A DNA stretch of 64,000 nucleotides from Candidatus Magasanikiibacteriota bacterium (GTDB taxonomy: Bacteria > Patescibacteriota > Patescibacteriia > Magasanikbacterales > GWA2-37-8), in NCBI GenBank assembly GCA_041665405.1, contig JBAYIZ010000001.1:26618-90617 (forward strand), read 5' to 3'. The notes under the pieces are model-generated. The model made no database searches. It was not told where the DNA came from and saw only the letters and a list, made by a program, of their open reading frames with translations. Positions within the stretch are counted from its first letter, which is position 1. Every line of letters starts with the position of its first letter. Of this stretch, positions 45,806 through 55,674 are shown piece after piece. A program made the translations under genes and the position numbers.

Positions 45806-48388
45806 ATGAATAAACCAAATAGAGAAAATAAGGGAGTTCCACTAGAAACCCAAGTAGCTGGTGGTGACAGGGCTGAAAGTGCTTCCAGAGCGGTAGATGA
45901 AAGAATCGGTAAAGAAGTCGCTGGTGATTATTCTGGTTTTTCAGCTGAGCAACTATTTGACATGCTTCAGGCTGACCTAAAGGTTAGAAAGAGTGAATAT
46001 AAAAAAGCAATTGATGAGGGCGCAACACCCGAGGTTGATGAGAATGGGAAACCTAAGGAAATCAAAGGGTTTAATAAGGAATCTGATCTTTACAAAGCTT
46101 GGCTCAAAGCGGTTAGTTATAACAGAATAAAAGCTTTGGAAAATGAGGAAACAAAATTACGCACTCAAATAGAAGAAGGTATAGATGCAGGTAAAGCATT
46201 AGAAGTCACTGACAAACTTAATCAATGGAGAGGAGTAGTTGCAAAAACAGAGGAAGCTAGAGAGGCTATGAAGTTGGGGAGAAAATTAGAAGAACACCGA
46301 CGAGCTATTGCAGAAGAAAAAAGAGCATTGGAAGCAAAAGGTCATGAGCTGTCTACCGGTGATTTTCCCTTACCAATTCAAGCAGAGTTAGCAGTCTTGG
46401 AGGGGAAAGAAAACCTTACAAATGCTCAATCAGCTCTGGCTGATGCAGTTTCCTCGGGTGGTCTATCTTCTGAGGCTGCCGAAGATGTGGTAACAAATGC
46501 TGTACAAGAAGCTATAACAAACGTGGACATTCCGCCTGCCCCAGAAAGTCCTGCAGTATCTATTACGGACCTTAACAAATTTTTGGGTGATTCATCCAAA
46601 GGAGTAGAGGTTGGTGCCGATTCCAAAGCATATGATATTATTAAATTGTATTTTGCTGATCAATTGGCTAGAGACGCAAAAAAGAATATTAAAACAAGGG
46701 AGCCATTTCTAGCAAATGAAATTAATAAATTTGTAGGGAATGACGTCTTTTTTGCTAATTTGTTAATAAATAATACTGAATTTTTAACAGTGGCGCAACA
46801 GTTTTTTGATACCAGAATTGGAATATTTAGTAACAAAGCACTTGCCAAAGTTGCATTGAATCTTCATAATTGGTTAGAGCTTGCTCGTCATAATTACGAT
46901 CAAGAGAAAAAAAACCAAACCCCAGAAGCTCGTGAAGCACGTGCGCAAACACTTTTAGACAATAAAATTAAAAAAGAAATTTCTTGGCAAGAGAGTCAGG
47001 CAGAGCGAGCAAGAAATTCAGCGGCTGAAATTGCTTCCAGACCAGCGTTACCCACAGAGGAAGAGCTCAATTTCGGAGCAGAAATTCCTGAATCAGATTT
47101 AACAGAAATTATTGAAGAAGATCAGACGAAACCTGTTGAAATTTTAACGGAGCCTCTTATAGTAAGTGAGGTAGAATCAAAATTAAGAGAAAAAATAAAA
47201 ATATTAGAAGAAAAAAAGGCGGTATTAGAAAGTTTGACATGGCTTAAGAGAGGTGCGAAATTGAAAACTAAAAAAGAAATTGGTAAAATTTCTGACGATA
47301 TAAATAGTTTAACTGGAGAGTTAATACGTATTAGTGATAAAGTTATAGTTGAGAACCCAACGATAACGGAAACAAAACCTGAATTAGTTGCCAAGGTTAG
47401 AGAGCTTAAGGCAGATATGAAGTCTGGTATGGTTGCAAGGGATCCAGGTAAATATAATAAATTAATAATGGGAGTGATGGCGCTACTTACAACGTTTGTG
47501 GCTACTCAAGAAGGATCAAAAACAAGAAGGGTTAACGCGAAACAACCAGAAAGAGCGGCGGCGGTGAAAATTGTAGAGACCCCAGCGTCTAGACTTGCAA
47601 AAAAAGTAGACACATCAAATATAATGTCGGTAAATCGAACTCCTACTCCAAGTAGAAATTCAGGTCCAAATTTTACAGCCGCTCCAAGAGGGGTAACTGG
47701 AGAATTTGAGGCAGAAGTTGCTTCTCCAGGTGGGGAGGTTGCAAAGAGACCGATGTCAAGAGTTGATCAAACACCTAGTGAAGTTGCAAAGAACGGCAAA
47801 AAAGCTAGAAATGGTTCAAGAGTAGAATCAATACCAAGCGGTATTGTAGAAACAAAAGGTTACGAACAAAGATTGAATAAATTAAATGTTGAAAGAGAAG
47901 GGTATGAAAAAGAGAGAGATGGATTATTAAACAAAACTCCAGGAGCGCCAATTCTAGATATACTTAAAGTTAGTGATAAAACAAAAGGTTCTAAAGAGGC
48001 GAGAATTAGCAGACTTGGAGATTTGATTCAAGCTGTTGATGCAGAAATTTTGGCACTTCAAGTAGCAGAAAAGCAGAAACAAGTTGATAAAGAAAATGAA
48101 CAATATCAAGTACCAACTTCCGCTCCGTTAGACTTTTCAGGAATTACAAGAACAGGGCCTGCAGAACCAGGGTCAGATACATGGGCTAACAGGAATGCTT
48201 TAAATGCTGATTTAGAAGCTAGAAAAGCAGTGACTGCTCTAAAAGTAGCTGGAATTCCATCTGCTGAAGACGCCACAGCGGCGGCTCGTGCTAGACAAGA
48301 GGAAGCACGTAATTTGGCAAGTAGACCAAACCCAATTGGGGATGTTAAGATACAGACTGGAAATAATAATGATTTGAGTAGTAAATAA
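45806..48388 (+). CDS. Large (860 aa) hypothetical protein with N-terminal globular part, extensive coiled coil, low-complexity C-terminus
   Basis: Heptad-like charged repeats and K/E-rich stretches; consensus-like promoter TTGACT-17-TATTAT upstream; codon usage differs from neighbours. Confidence 0.5.
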   Translation: MNKPNRENKGVPLETQVAGGDRAESASRAVDERIGKEVAGDYSGFSAEQLFDMLQADLKVRKSEYKKAIDEGATPEVDENGKPKEIKGFNKESDLYKAWLKAVSYNRIKALENEETKLRTQIEEGIDAGKALEVTDKLNQWRGVVAKTEEAREAMKLGRKLEEHRRAIAEEKRALEAKGHELSTGDFPLPIQAELAVLEGKENLTNAQSALADAVSSGGLSSEAAEDVVTNAVQEAITNVDIPPAPESPAVSITDLNKFLGDSSKGVEVGADSKAYDIIKLYFADQLARDAKKNIKTREPFLANEINKFVGNDVFFANLLINNTEFLTVAQQFFDTRIGIFSNKALAKVALNLHNWLELARHNYDQEKKNQTPEAREARAQTLLDNKIKKEISWQESQAERARNSAAEIASRPALPTEEELNFGAEIPESDLTEIIEEDQTKPVEILTEPLIVSEVESKLREKIKILEEKKAVLESLTWLKRGAKLKTKKEIGKISDDINSLTGELIRISDKVIVENPTITETKPELVAKVRELKADMKSGMVARDPGKYNKLIMGVMALLTTFVATQEGSKTRRVNAKQPERAAAVKIVETPASRLAKKVDTSNIMSVNRTPTPSRNSGPNFTAAPRGVTGEFEAEVASPGGEVAKRPMSRVDQTPSEVAKNGKKARNGSRVESIPSGIVETKGYEQRLNKLNVEREGYEKERDGLLNKTPGAPILDILKVSDKTKGSKEARISRLGDLIQAVDAEILALQVAEKQKQVDKENEQYQVPTSAPLDFSGITRTGPAEPGSDTWANRNALNADLEARKAVTALKVAGIPSAEDATAAARARQEEARNLASRPNPIGDVKIQTGNNNDLSSK

Positions 48389-48396
48389 TTAAAATA

Positions 48397-48424
48397 AAAA
48401 ACCGGCTGATTGCCGGTTTTTTAT
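48397..48424 (+). terminator. Intrinsic terminator (AAAACCGGC-tgatt-GCCGGTTTTTT)
   Basis: Perfect 9-bp GC stem plus T-run. Confidence 0.65.
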
Positions 48425-48479
48425 TTTGCTTGTCGTTTGCCAAAATAACAGTTTTTTGGTATCATATCTACATAAAAAT

Positions 48480-49376
48480 ATGCAGTTTATAGGCCAATCG
48501 CACATAACGTCATTTTTTGATTTAGCTGTAAAAAATAGCAAGCTTGGCCATGCTTATTGTTTTGTTGGTGCGTCGCACATAGGGAAACGCACTTTGGCCA
48601 ACACACTGGCTGCTCAGATTTTGGGGGTTGATGTCGAAAAATTAAAATTCAATCCAGACTACTATTATGTCGAACGCCTAGAGGATGAGAAGACTGGAAA
48701 AAAGAAAAAAGAAATTTCCGTTGATCAATCCAGAGAATTGCGTGAAAAGTTTTCAAATAGATCTTGGTTGAATGGATATAAAGTGGCGGTTATCGATGAA
48801 GCCGAATTGCTCAATGAAGAATCTGGTAATGCCCTTTTAAAAATAATAGAAGAACCGCCAGACAAAAGTATTATTTTTTTATTAACAGAAAATGATGCGC
48901 TGTTGCTGCCGACCATACGATCACGTTGTCAGATATTTCAATTCGCACCCGTGCCTGAAAATGAAATGGAAAAGTTGGTAAACACTCTTAGCGACAGCCA
49001 AGATAAAAAAGAAATTGTAGAATTATCTTGGGGGCGACCAGGGAGAGCGATAAATTTATGTAAAGATTTCGAATTGTTAGGTGAAAATATTAAAGAAAAA
49101 AAACGTTGGCAAAAATTACTTGCGACACCAGTATACGAGCGCTGGAAAGCGATGGATGATGTATTGAGTGAAAAAGGTGGTGTGATAAAAACAAAAGAGA
49201 AACTTGATCCGATTCTAGATTGCTGGACAATGCTGTGGAGAGAAAAGATGTTGAGTGAGAATATTCACGGTGAACAGTGTCGATTGATAATTGACGAAAT
49301 AAAAAATATTAAAAATTTATTGGCTATCAATGTGAATCCACGTTTGGCCATTGAAAATTTATTAACAAAATTTTAA
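48480..49376 (+). CDS. holB: DNA polymerase III delta-prime subunit (AAA+ clamp-loader subunit)
   Basis: Walker-A-like GHAYCFVGASHIGKRT, DEAEL, SRCQ sensor motif; alternative TTG start at 48426. Confidence 0.75.
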   Translation: MQFIGQSHITSFFDLAVKNSKLGHAYCFVGASHIGKRTLANTLAAQILGVDVEKLKFNPDYYYVERLEDEKTGKKKKEISVDQSRELREKFSNRSWLNGYKVAVIDEAELLNEESGNALLKIIEEPPDKSIIFLLTENDALLLPTIRSRCQIFQFAPVPENEMEKLVNTLSDSQDKKEIVELSWGRPGRAINLCKDFELLGENIKEKKRWQKLLATPVYERWKAMDDVLSEKGGVIKTKEKLDPILDCWTMLWREKMLSENIHGEQCRLIIDEIKNIKNLLAINVNPRLAIENLLTKF

Positions 49377-49395
49377 AAAATATTATATTTAATTT

Positions 49396-50481
49396 ATGAA
49401 AAAGATACCTTTATTATTGTTGGCACTGGTGGTCGGTTTGTTGACTACGGGTGCTGGTTGTTTAACATTTGGAGCGGCTCAGCCTACAGGGCCGATGGGT
49501 ATGTATCAATCGGCTGATAAGGGTGAAACTTGGAAGCAAATTGCGGCGATGCCGACTGTGGCTGGTGCGAAGAGTATCGCTGGTATTAAAACGTATCGCT
49601 TGCATACCGATCCAAGTGATCCCAATGCTATTTATTTAGCCACTCGAGGTCAGGGGTTGTATTATACTTATAATAATGGTGCAAGCTGGGAAACAGTACC
49701 AGCTATGGCCGGAAAATTTATATATGGGTTGGCTGTTAGTCCAAAAGATAAATGTACAATTTTTGTAAGTGATGGACAACATATTTTCAAAACCGATGAT
49801 TGTCTACGTACTTGGACGAATGTCTACACTGAAGAACGTCCTGATCAGAGAGTAGTTTCGGTGGCGGTAGATTTTGGTAATAGTAATATGGTATATGCCG
49901 CGGAACTAGGTGGAGATATTTTGGTAAGTAATAATTCTGGCACTAGTTGGCGCGTAACTCAGCGTTTTAATTTTCAATTACAATATTTAGTATCCGACCA
50001 ATTTAATCCTGGACGGGTTTATGTTGCTGGTTATACTAATGGCATCTTTAGGTCAGATGATTCTGGTACTACCTGGAAAGATATGTCTGATGGGTTGGAT
50101 AGTTTTGCTGAAGCTAATAAATTTTATCGATTGGTTTTGAATCCTGGCAAGAAGGACAGTTTGTTTTGGGTGTCAAAGTTTGGTATTTTGAGATCTGATG
50201 ATGCCGGAGCTACTTGGACTGATTTGAAATTGATTACCCCTCCTGGCAGTGTTAATATTTATGCCTTTGATATCAATGCCAAAAATCAGAATGAAATGTA
50301 TTACACTGGTACTATTTTGGGAGAGAAAAATGCACATGTTCGATCTACATTTTATAAAACAACCGATGGCGGAAAAAATTGGGTGACCAAAAAACTTCCT
50401 ACTAACACTATCCCAGTCGGTGTTTTAATAAACACCGTTAAAGACAGTATAGTGTCTATGGGTTTTGCAATTTTAGATTAA
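49396..50481 (+). CDS. Lipoprotein with BNR/Asp-box repeats (Ycf48/sialidase-like beta-propeller)
   Basis: Signal peptide with lipobox-like LTTGAGC; six SxDxGxTW repeats (SADKGETW, NNGASWE, SNNSGTSW, SDDSGTTW, SDDAGATW, TTDGGKNW). Confidence 0.7.
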   Translation: MKKIPLLLLALVVGLLTTGAGCLTFGAAQPTGPMGMYQSADKGETWKQIAAMPTVAGAKSIAGIKTYRLHTDPSDPNAIYLATRGQGLYYTYNNGASWETVPAMAGKFIYGLAVSPKDKCTIFVSDGQHIFKTDDCLRTWTNVYTEERPDQRVVSVAVDFGNSNMVYAAELGGDILVSNNSGTSWRVTQRFNFQLQYLVSDQFNPGRVYVAGYTNGIFRSDDSGTTWKDMSDGLDSFAEANKFYRLVLNPGKKDSLFWVSKFGILRSDDAGATWTDLKLITPPGSVNIYAFDINAKNQNEMYYTGTILGEKNAHVRSTFYKTTDGGKNWVTKKLPTNTIPVGVLINTVKDSIVSMGFAILD

Positions 50482-50496
50482 TAATAAATTTTATAT

Positions 50497-51045
50497 ATGC
50501 AAATCAGTGATTTTAAGGAGGATTTTGAAAAGGTCTTGGAGTTTCTTAAAAAAGATATTGTCGGTTTGCGTACTGGACGCGCCTCGGTTGCCATGGTAGA
50601 GGATATCTCTATTGAAGCTTATGGGACATTTCAAGCTTTGAAAGCATTGGCGTCAATTTCTGTGGCGGATGCCAAAACTGTAAATATTGAACCATGGGAC
50701 AAAACAGTTTTGGGAGCGATTGAAAAAGGGATTCGTGATTCAGGGATTGGAGTGAGCCCGGTAAATGATGGGCGATTGATTCGAGTAATTTTACCAAATC
50801 TTACTTCTGAACGTCGTCATGAATTGACTAAAGTATTGCACGAAAAATTGGAAAACGCTCGTGTATCATTGCGCAAAGTGCGTCAAGAAATTCGGGAATT
50901 TGTTGAAGCGGAAGAAGAAAGCAAATCAATTAGTGAAGATGAAAAATTTAAATTGTTCGAAGAATTAGAAAAACACGTTAAAGAATATAATGATAAAATA
51001 AAGGAGATTGGTGAAAATAAAGAATCTGAAATTAATACTATATAA
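50497..51045 (+). CDS. frr: Ribosome recycling factor
   Basis: RRF family similarity (GLRTGRASVAMVEDI...). Confidence 0.9.
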   Translation: MQISDFKEDFEKVLEFLKKDIVGLRTGRASVAMVEDISIEAYGTFQALKALASISVADAKTVNIEPWDKTVLGAIEKGIRDSGIGVSPVNDGRLIRVILPNLTSERRHELTKVLHEKLENARVSLRKVRQEIREFVEAEEESKSISEDEKFKLFEELEKHVKEYNDKIKEIGENKESEINTI

Positions 51046-51047
51046 AT

Positions 51048-52415
51048 ATGCCAAAAGATTTAGAAAAGGTAGTTTCGTTGTGCAAGAGGAGAGGGTTTGT
51101 TTTTCCTGGTAGTGAAATCTATGGTGGACTGGCCAATACGTGGGATTACGGACCGCTTGGACATTTACTCAAGCAAAATATTAAAAAAGCTTGGTGGAAA
51201 TTTTTTGTGCAGGAACGTAGTGATATGGTGCCTCTCGACAGCGCCATTATTATGAATCCAAAAGTGTGGGAGGCTTCTGGGCATTTGCAAAATTTCAGTG
51301 ATGAATTGGTGGAATGTAAAAAATGTCATCATCGTTTTCGTACTGATCATTTGTTGGAAATAGAGAGTTTAAAACCAGAATATGATAAAGGCCAACCAAA
51401 ATCGTTGAGTGAATTGAGCTGTCCGGATTGCGATGGAAATTTGACCGAACCAAAAAGTTTTAATTTAATGTTTAAGACTTTTTTGGGCACCAATGAAGAT
51501 AGTGCAACCACCGCATATTTGAGACCGGAAACTGCCGGTGGTATGTTTGTAAATTTTAAAAATATTTTGAATTCAACCCGTCGTCGTTTGCCATTTGGTA
51601 TTGCACAGATTGGCAAATGTTTCCGTAATGAGATTACTCCAGGGAATTTTATTTTTCGCACGCGTGAGTTTGAAATTGGTGAACTTGAATATTTTATCAA
51701 TCCCAAAGATTGGGAAAAAGTATTTGAAATGTGGCTCTCTGAAATCAAGCGTTGGTGGAAAGATATCATGCAAATCAATATGGATAATTTGGTTTGGCAT
51801 GAAATTCCAGAAAATGAACGTGCTTTTTATAGTAAGCGTACGCTAGATATTGAATATAAATATCCTTTTGGGGTGAAAGAATTACATGGTATTGCTTATC
51901 GTACAGATCATGATTTATCTCGTCACGAAAAAGTGAGTGGTCAAGATTTGCATTATACCGATCCAGAAACCAATGAAAAGTTTTTACCACATGTGATAGA
52001 ACCAACTTTTGGTATTGATCGCATGTTGTTGGTATCTTTGTTGGAGGCCTATACCGAAGAAGAAGCTCCTACATCCAAAGAAGGTGAAACAGAGGCACGT
52101 ATAGTAATGAAATTCCCAAAACATCTGGCGCCTATTCAAGTGGCTATTTTGCCGCTTTCTAAAAAAGAAGAATTATCTAGTGTTGCTCGCGACTTGGCAG
52201 ATGGTTTGCGTAAAACCTTCAGTGTGGATTATGACGAGACACAAAGTATTGGCAAGCGCTATCGCCGACAAGATGAAATCGGCACACCATATTGTGTAAC
52301 TGTCGATTTTGATTCGTTGGAAGATAAAAAAGTGACTGTGCGCGATCGTGATACTATGGTTCAGGATAGAATTGAAATATCCGAATTGAAAAATTATCTG
52401 AACAGTAAGTTTTAA
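51048..52415 (+). CDS. glyQS: Glycyl-tRNA synthetase, alpha2 (GlyQS) type
   Basis: RGFVFPGSEIYGGLANTWDYGPLG N-terminus and class II motifs. Confidence 0.9.
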   Translation: MPKDLEKVVSLCKRRGFVFPGSEIYGGLANTWDYGPLGHLLKQNIKKAWWKFFVQERSDMVPLDSAIIMNPKVWEASGHLQNFSDELVECKKCHHRFRTDHLLEIESLKPEYDKGQPKSLSELSCPDCDGNLTEPKSFNLMFKTFLGTNEDSATTAYLRPETAGGMFVNFKNILNSTRRRLPFGIAQIGKCFRNEITPGNFIFRTREFEIGELEYFINPKDWEKVFEMWLSEIKRWWKDIMQINMDNLVWHEIPENERAFYSKRTLDIEYKYPFGVKELHGIAYRTDHDLSRHEKVSGQDLHYTDPETNEKFLPHVIEPTFGIDRMLLVSLLEAYTEEEAPTSKEGETEARIVMKFPKHLAPIQVAILPLSKKEELSSVARDLADGLRKTFSVDYDETQSIGKRYRRQDEIGTPYCVTVDFDSLEDKKVTVRDRDTMVQDRIEISELKNYLNSKF

Positions 52416-52429
52416 TCAGTAGATTCCCG

Positions 52430-52451
52430 TTTTCACGGGAATGACAAATTG
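52430..52451. repeat. Copy 3 of the dispersed palindromic repeat (TAGATTCCCGTTTTCACGGGAATGAcAAA); likely glyQS terminator
   Basis: One substitution relative to copies 1 and 2. Confidence 0.7.
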
Positions 52452-52455
52452 AGTT

Positions 52456-53745
52456 ATGTATAAAATTTCAAAATTAAAAAATAAAATCACACTTATTACT
52501 GTACCGCTAAAAGGTACAAAGGCGACGACGGTATTAGTGTTAGTACCAGTTGGTTCTCGTTACGAACACAAAAAGATTTCTGGTGCTTCGCATTTTGTAG
52601 AACACCTCATGTTCAAGGGTACACAAAAACGTCCTACCGCTCAAGACATCTCGAAAATTTTGGATGCCTCTGGTGCAGACTATAACGCTTTTACTAGCAA
52701 GGATTATACTGGATATTATGTGAAGATAGCTGGTGTGAAGCAAGCGATAGCCTTTGATTTGATTGCTGATATGGTTTTTAACTCAAAATTGGATGCAGTG
52801 GAAATTGAAAAAGAAAAAGGTGTTATTGTGGAGGAATTACGTATGTACGAAGATAATCCTACTATGGGTATTGGTTTATTGTATGAGCAGGTAGTATTTG
52901 GTGATTGTCCGTTGGGTTGGGATGAGGGTGGTAGTGAAGAAACTGTCCGCGGTATGTCACGTGATGATTTGTGGAATTATTATCAGGCCGCCTACAAACC
53001 AGAAAACATGGTATTGGTGGTGGCGGGAAATGTGGATGCAAAATTAAAAAAACATTTACAACATTTCTTGAATCATGATTCACAAAAAAATAAATCTAAA
53101 GCAACTATTCGGAAAAATAATTTTGAAAAATTTGTTTGGCCTACGGAAAAATTATCGTTGGAAAAACGGGTGGCGGTAAAAGAAAAACCACTCGATCAAT
53201 CACACGTGATTATTGGTTTTCCCGGTCTGTCTCTAAACCATTCCGATCGTTATGTGTTGTCTGTATTGTTGAATATCTTGGGTGGAGGTATGAGTTCAAG
53301 ATTGTTTGTTGAGGTGAGAGAAAAACGTGGATTAGCATATATGGTTCGGGCCGGTTCAAATAATTTCCGAGATGTTGGTACTGCCTATATTCAGGCTGGT
53401 TTGGATCCGTTGCGTTTAGGTGAAGCAATAAAAGTAATTAGGGAAGAATTGAAAAAGATTTGTGAGACGGTGGTAACTGAAAAAGAACTCAAGGATGCGA
53501 AATCCAACATGTCTGGTCGTATGACATTGGGTATGGAAGATAGTAGCGCGCAAGCTGAGTGGTTTGCCAAGCAGTTTTGGATGATGGATAAAATCAATAC
53601 CTATGAACAAGTGTTGAAAAAAATAAAAAAAGTAACTGCGAAAGATGTTCAAAGGTTAGCTAAAAAGATTTTTGATTGGGGACAGGTACATGTGGCCGTG
53701 ATTGGTAAAATAAAAAAAGAAGAAGTAATTAAAATATTAAAATAA
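52456..53745 (+). CDS. Peptidase M16 (insulinase/pitrilysin-like) zinc protease
   Basis: Inverted zinc motif HxxEH (HFVEHLMFKGT) plus downstream Glu. Confidence 0.8.
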   Translation: MYKISKLKNKITLITVPLKGTKATTVLVLVPVGSRYEHKKISGASHFVEHLMFKGTQKRPTAQDISKILDASGADYNAFTSKDYTGYYVKIAGVKQAIAFDLIADMVFNSKLDAVEIEKEKGVIVEELRMYEDNPTMGIGLLYEQVVFGDCPLGWDEGGSEETVRGMSRDDLWNYYQAAYKPENMVLVVAGNVDAKLKKHLQHFLNHDSQKNKSKATIRKNNFEKFVWPTEKLSLEKRVAVKEKPLDQSHVIIGFPGLSLNHSDRYVLSVLLNILGGGMSSRLFVEVREKRGLAYMVRAGSNNFRDVGTAYIQAGLDPLRLGEAIKVIREELKKICETVVTEKELKDAKSNMSGRMTLGMEDSSAQAEWFAKQFWMMDKINTYEQVLKKIKKVTAKDVQRLAKKIFDWGQVHVAVIGKIKKEEVIKILK

Positions 53746-53750
53746 ATCGT

Positions 53751-54506
53751 ATGTCTTCATCCAAAAAAGTTTATCTTTTTGCCAATTGGAAGATGTATTT
53801 GGATTATGACGAAAGTAACATTTTGGCCAATGCTTTGGGTGTGGCCTCATCAAAATTTTCTAAGAAAATCAAAATGGTTATATTTCCTAGTGCTTTGTCT
53901 TTTTATCCGGTCGCGCAAGTATTGGGGGATGTCGGTATCGTTAGTGGTGCGCAAAATGTATATTACGAGGATAAGGGAGGATTTACGGGAGAAAATTCTG
54001 CGGTAATGTATAAAAATGCCGGTGCAAAATATGCTCTGGTGGGACATTCAGAACGACGCCATTTGTTTCATGAATCTAACCATGATGTTCATCAAAAAAT
54101 GGAGGCGTTTTTATTGGTTGGTCTGACGCCAGTACTGTGTGTAGGAGAAACAGAAAAAGAAAGGAATGAAAACAAAGCCAAAGATGCAGTTGAGATACAA
54201 TTACGCGCGGCGTTGGATCGTCTAAAATGGAAACCAAAAACAAAATTAATTGTTGCATACGAACCCGTTTGGGCGGTTGGCACAGGAAATTATTGCGACC
54301 CAATTGAGGCAGAAAAAATGTGTTTGATGATTTTCAAGATGGTTAGCGCATTGGCTAAAAATGTTGAAGTGATAGTATTGTATGGTGGCAGTGTGAATGG
54401 AAAAAATATCAAGGAATATACCAAACAGCCCAATATCAACGGTGTTTTGGTCGGTGGCGCTTCTACCAAGCTTGACAGTTGGTTACAAATTGTGCAAAAT
54501 GCCTAA
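53751..54506 (+). CDS. tpiA: Triosephosphate isomerase
   Basis: NWKM, GHSERR and AYEPVWAVGTG signatures. Confidence 0.9.
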   Translation: MSSSKKVYLFANWKMYLDYDESNILANALGVASSKFSKKIKMVIFPSALSFYPVAQVLGDVGIVSGAQNVYYEDKGGFTGENSAVMYKNAGAKYALVGHSERRHLFHESNHDVHQKMEAFLLVGLTPVLCVGETEKERNENKAKDAVEIQLRAALDRLKWKPKTKLIVAYEPVWAVGTGNYCDPIEAEKMCLMIFKMVSALAKNVEVIVLYGGSVNGKNIKEYTKQPNINGVLVGGASTKLDSWLQIVQNA

Positions 54507-54512
54507 ACTTAT

Positions 54513-55412
54513 ATGTTAAATATCTTGTTTTTATTGGTAACGCTAATTTGTCTAGGTGTAGTCGGTTTTGTTATTTGGAAAAAAATTCCGCAATTATCCA
54601 ATTTAGATGTGGATAATTTGCCACAGGAAAAAACCTCTCGTAAAAAACGTGAGATTATTACTAAACGTATTGAGGCACACAGTCGCGAGGCAAGAGTTAA
54701 ATTGGGAGAAAAACTTCGCCCCGTGGATAAAATATGGCGTGAGTTCCAATTAAAATTTCGAGTGTATGTTGGGAAAATCGAGCGTCTTATTCATCATGAA
54801 GACATGATAAAAACAAAACAGGAACAGAGTCTTTTGACAGTAGAGGAGAAAGAATCAAGACTGAAAAATTTGATACAAGATGGAGAAAATAATTTGTCAT
54901 TGGAAAATCTGGATAAGGCTGAGCGCATATTTATCGCGGCTATTAAAATTGATGTGAAGTCAGCATCAGCATATCGTGGTCTGGCTGAAGTTTATTTGAA
55001 AAAAGGCGCGGTCGAAGAGGCCAAACAGACATTTGCATTTTTATTACAATTAGAACCAGAAAATGATGCAGTGATGGTAAGACTGGCAGAAATGGCCGAA
55101 GCGGAAAATAATATTGATGAGGCTATAGAATATTATCAGAGGGCGATGGTGGCCAATGATTCATTGTCACCACGTTTTGCACATCTGGCGGAATTACTAT
55201 TAAAAGTTGGTCAGCCGTTAGTGGCCAAGGAAGCGGTAATTCAAGCAGTGGAACTGGAACCACAGAATCCAAAATATCTTGACTTGCTGATTGAAACTGC
55301 TATACTATGTCAAGATAAAAAACTAGCTGGTGATGCTTATCAAAATTTGCGCTTGGTAAATCCAGAAAATTCCAAGTTGGCAGATTTTAGACATCGAATT
55401 GAAAAAATATAA
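54513..55412 (+). CDS. TPR-repeat protein with N-terminal TM anchor
   Basis: N-terminal hydrophobic helix; repeated A..Y..A..helix-pair patterns typical of TPR. Confidence 0.55.
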   Translation: MLNILFLLVTLICLGVVGFVIWKKIPQLSNLDVDNLPQEKTSRKKREIITKRIEAHSREARVKLGEKLRPVDKIWREFQLKFRVYVGKIERLIHHEDMIKTKQEQSLLTVEEKESRLKNLIQDGENNLSLENLDKAERIFIAAIKIDVKSASAYRGLAEVYLKKGAVEEAKQTFAFLLQLEPENDAVMVRLAEMAEAENNIDEAIEYYQRAMVANDSLSPRFAHLAELLLKVGQPLVAKEAVIQAVELEPQNPKYLDLLIETAILCQDKKLAGDAYQNLRLVNPENSKLADFRHRIEKI

Positions 55413-55413
55413 T

Positions 55414-55486
55414 GCCGTTGTAGCTCAGTTGGTAGAGCATCTCCATGGTAAGGAGAAGGTCCGCGGTTCAAATCCGCGTAACGGCT
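55414..55486 (+). tRNA. tRNA-Thr (anticodon GGU)
   Basis: Cloverleaf GCCGTTG..TAACGGC-T; anticodon loop ATGGTAA; similar to E. coli tRNA-Thr(GGU). Confidence 0.85.
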
Positions 55487-55587
55487 CTAGTTAAGATACC
55501 ATTGCGGTATCTTTCTTTGATAAATATAGCCTAGATAAGACTTTGACAATCTGGAATCTATGTGGTAGAATCTAAACTGTTATATTA

Positions 55588-55660
55588 GCCGGGTTAGCTC
55601 AGTTGGTAGAGCAGCACTTTTGTAAAGTGCGGGTCGCAGGTTCGAGTCCTGTTCCCGGCT
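55588..55660 (+). tRNA. tRNA-Thr (anticodon UGU)
   Basis: Cloverleaf GCCGGGT..CCCGGC-T; anticodon stem GCACT/AGTGC; loop TTTGTAA. Confidence 0.85.
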
Positions 55661-55674
55661 CTTTTTTACAAGTT

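Noticed and set aside
55603-55674. N-terminal extension of ORF 55603-56067 (TTG start)
   Set aside because: It runs through tRNA-Thr(UGU). The protein start was moved to ATG 55675.
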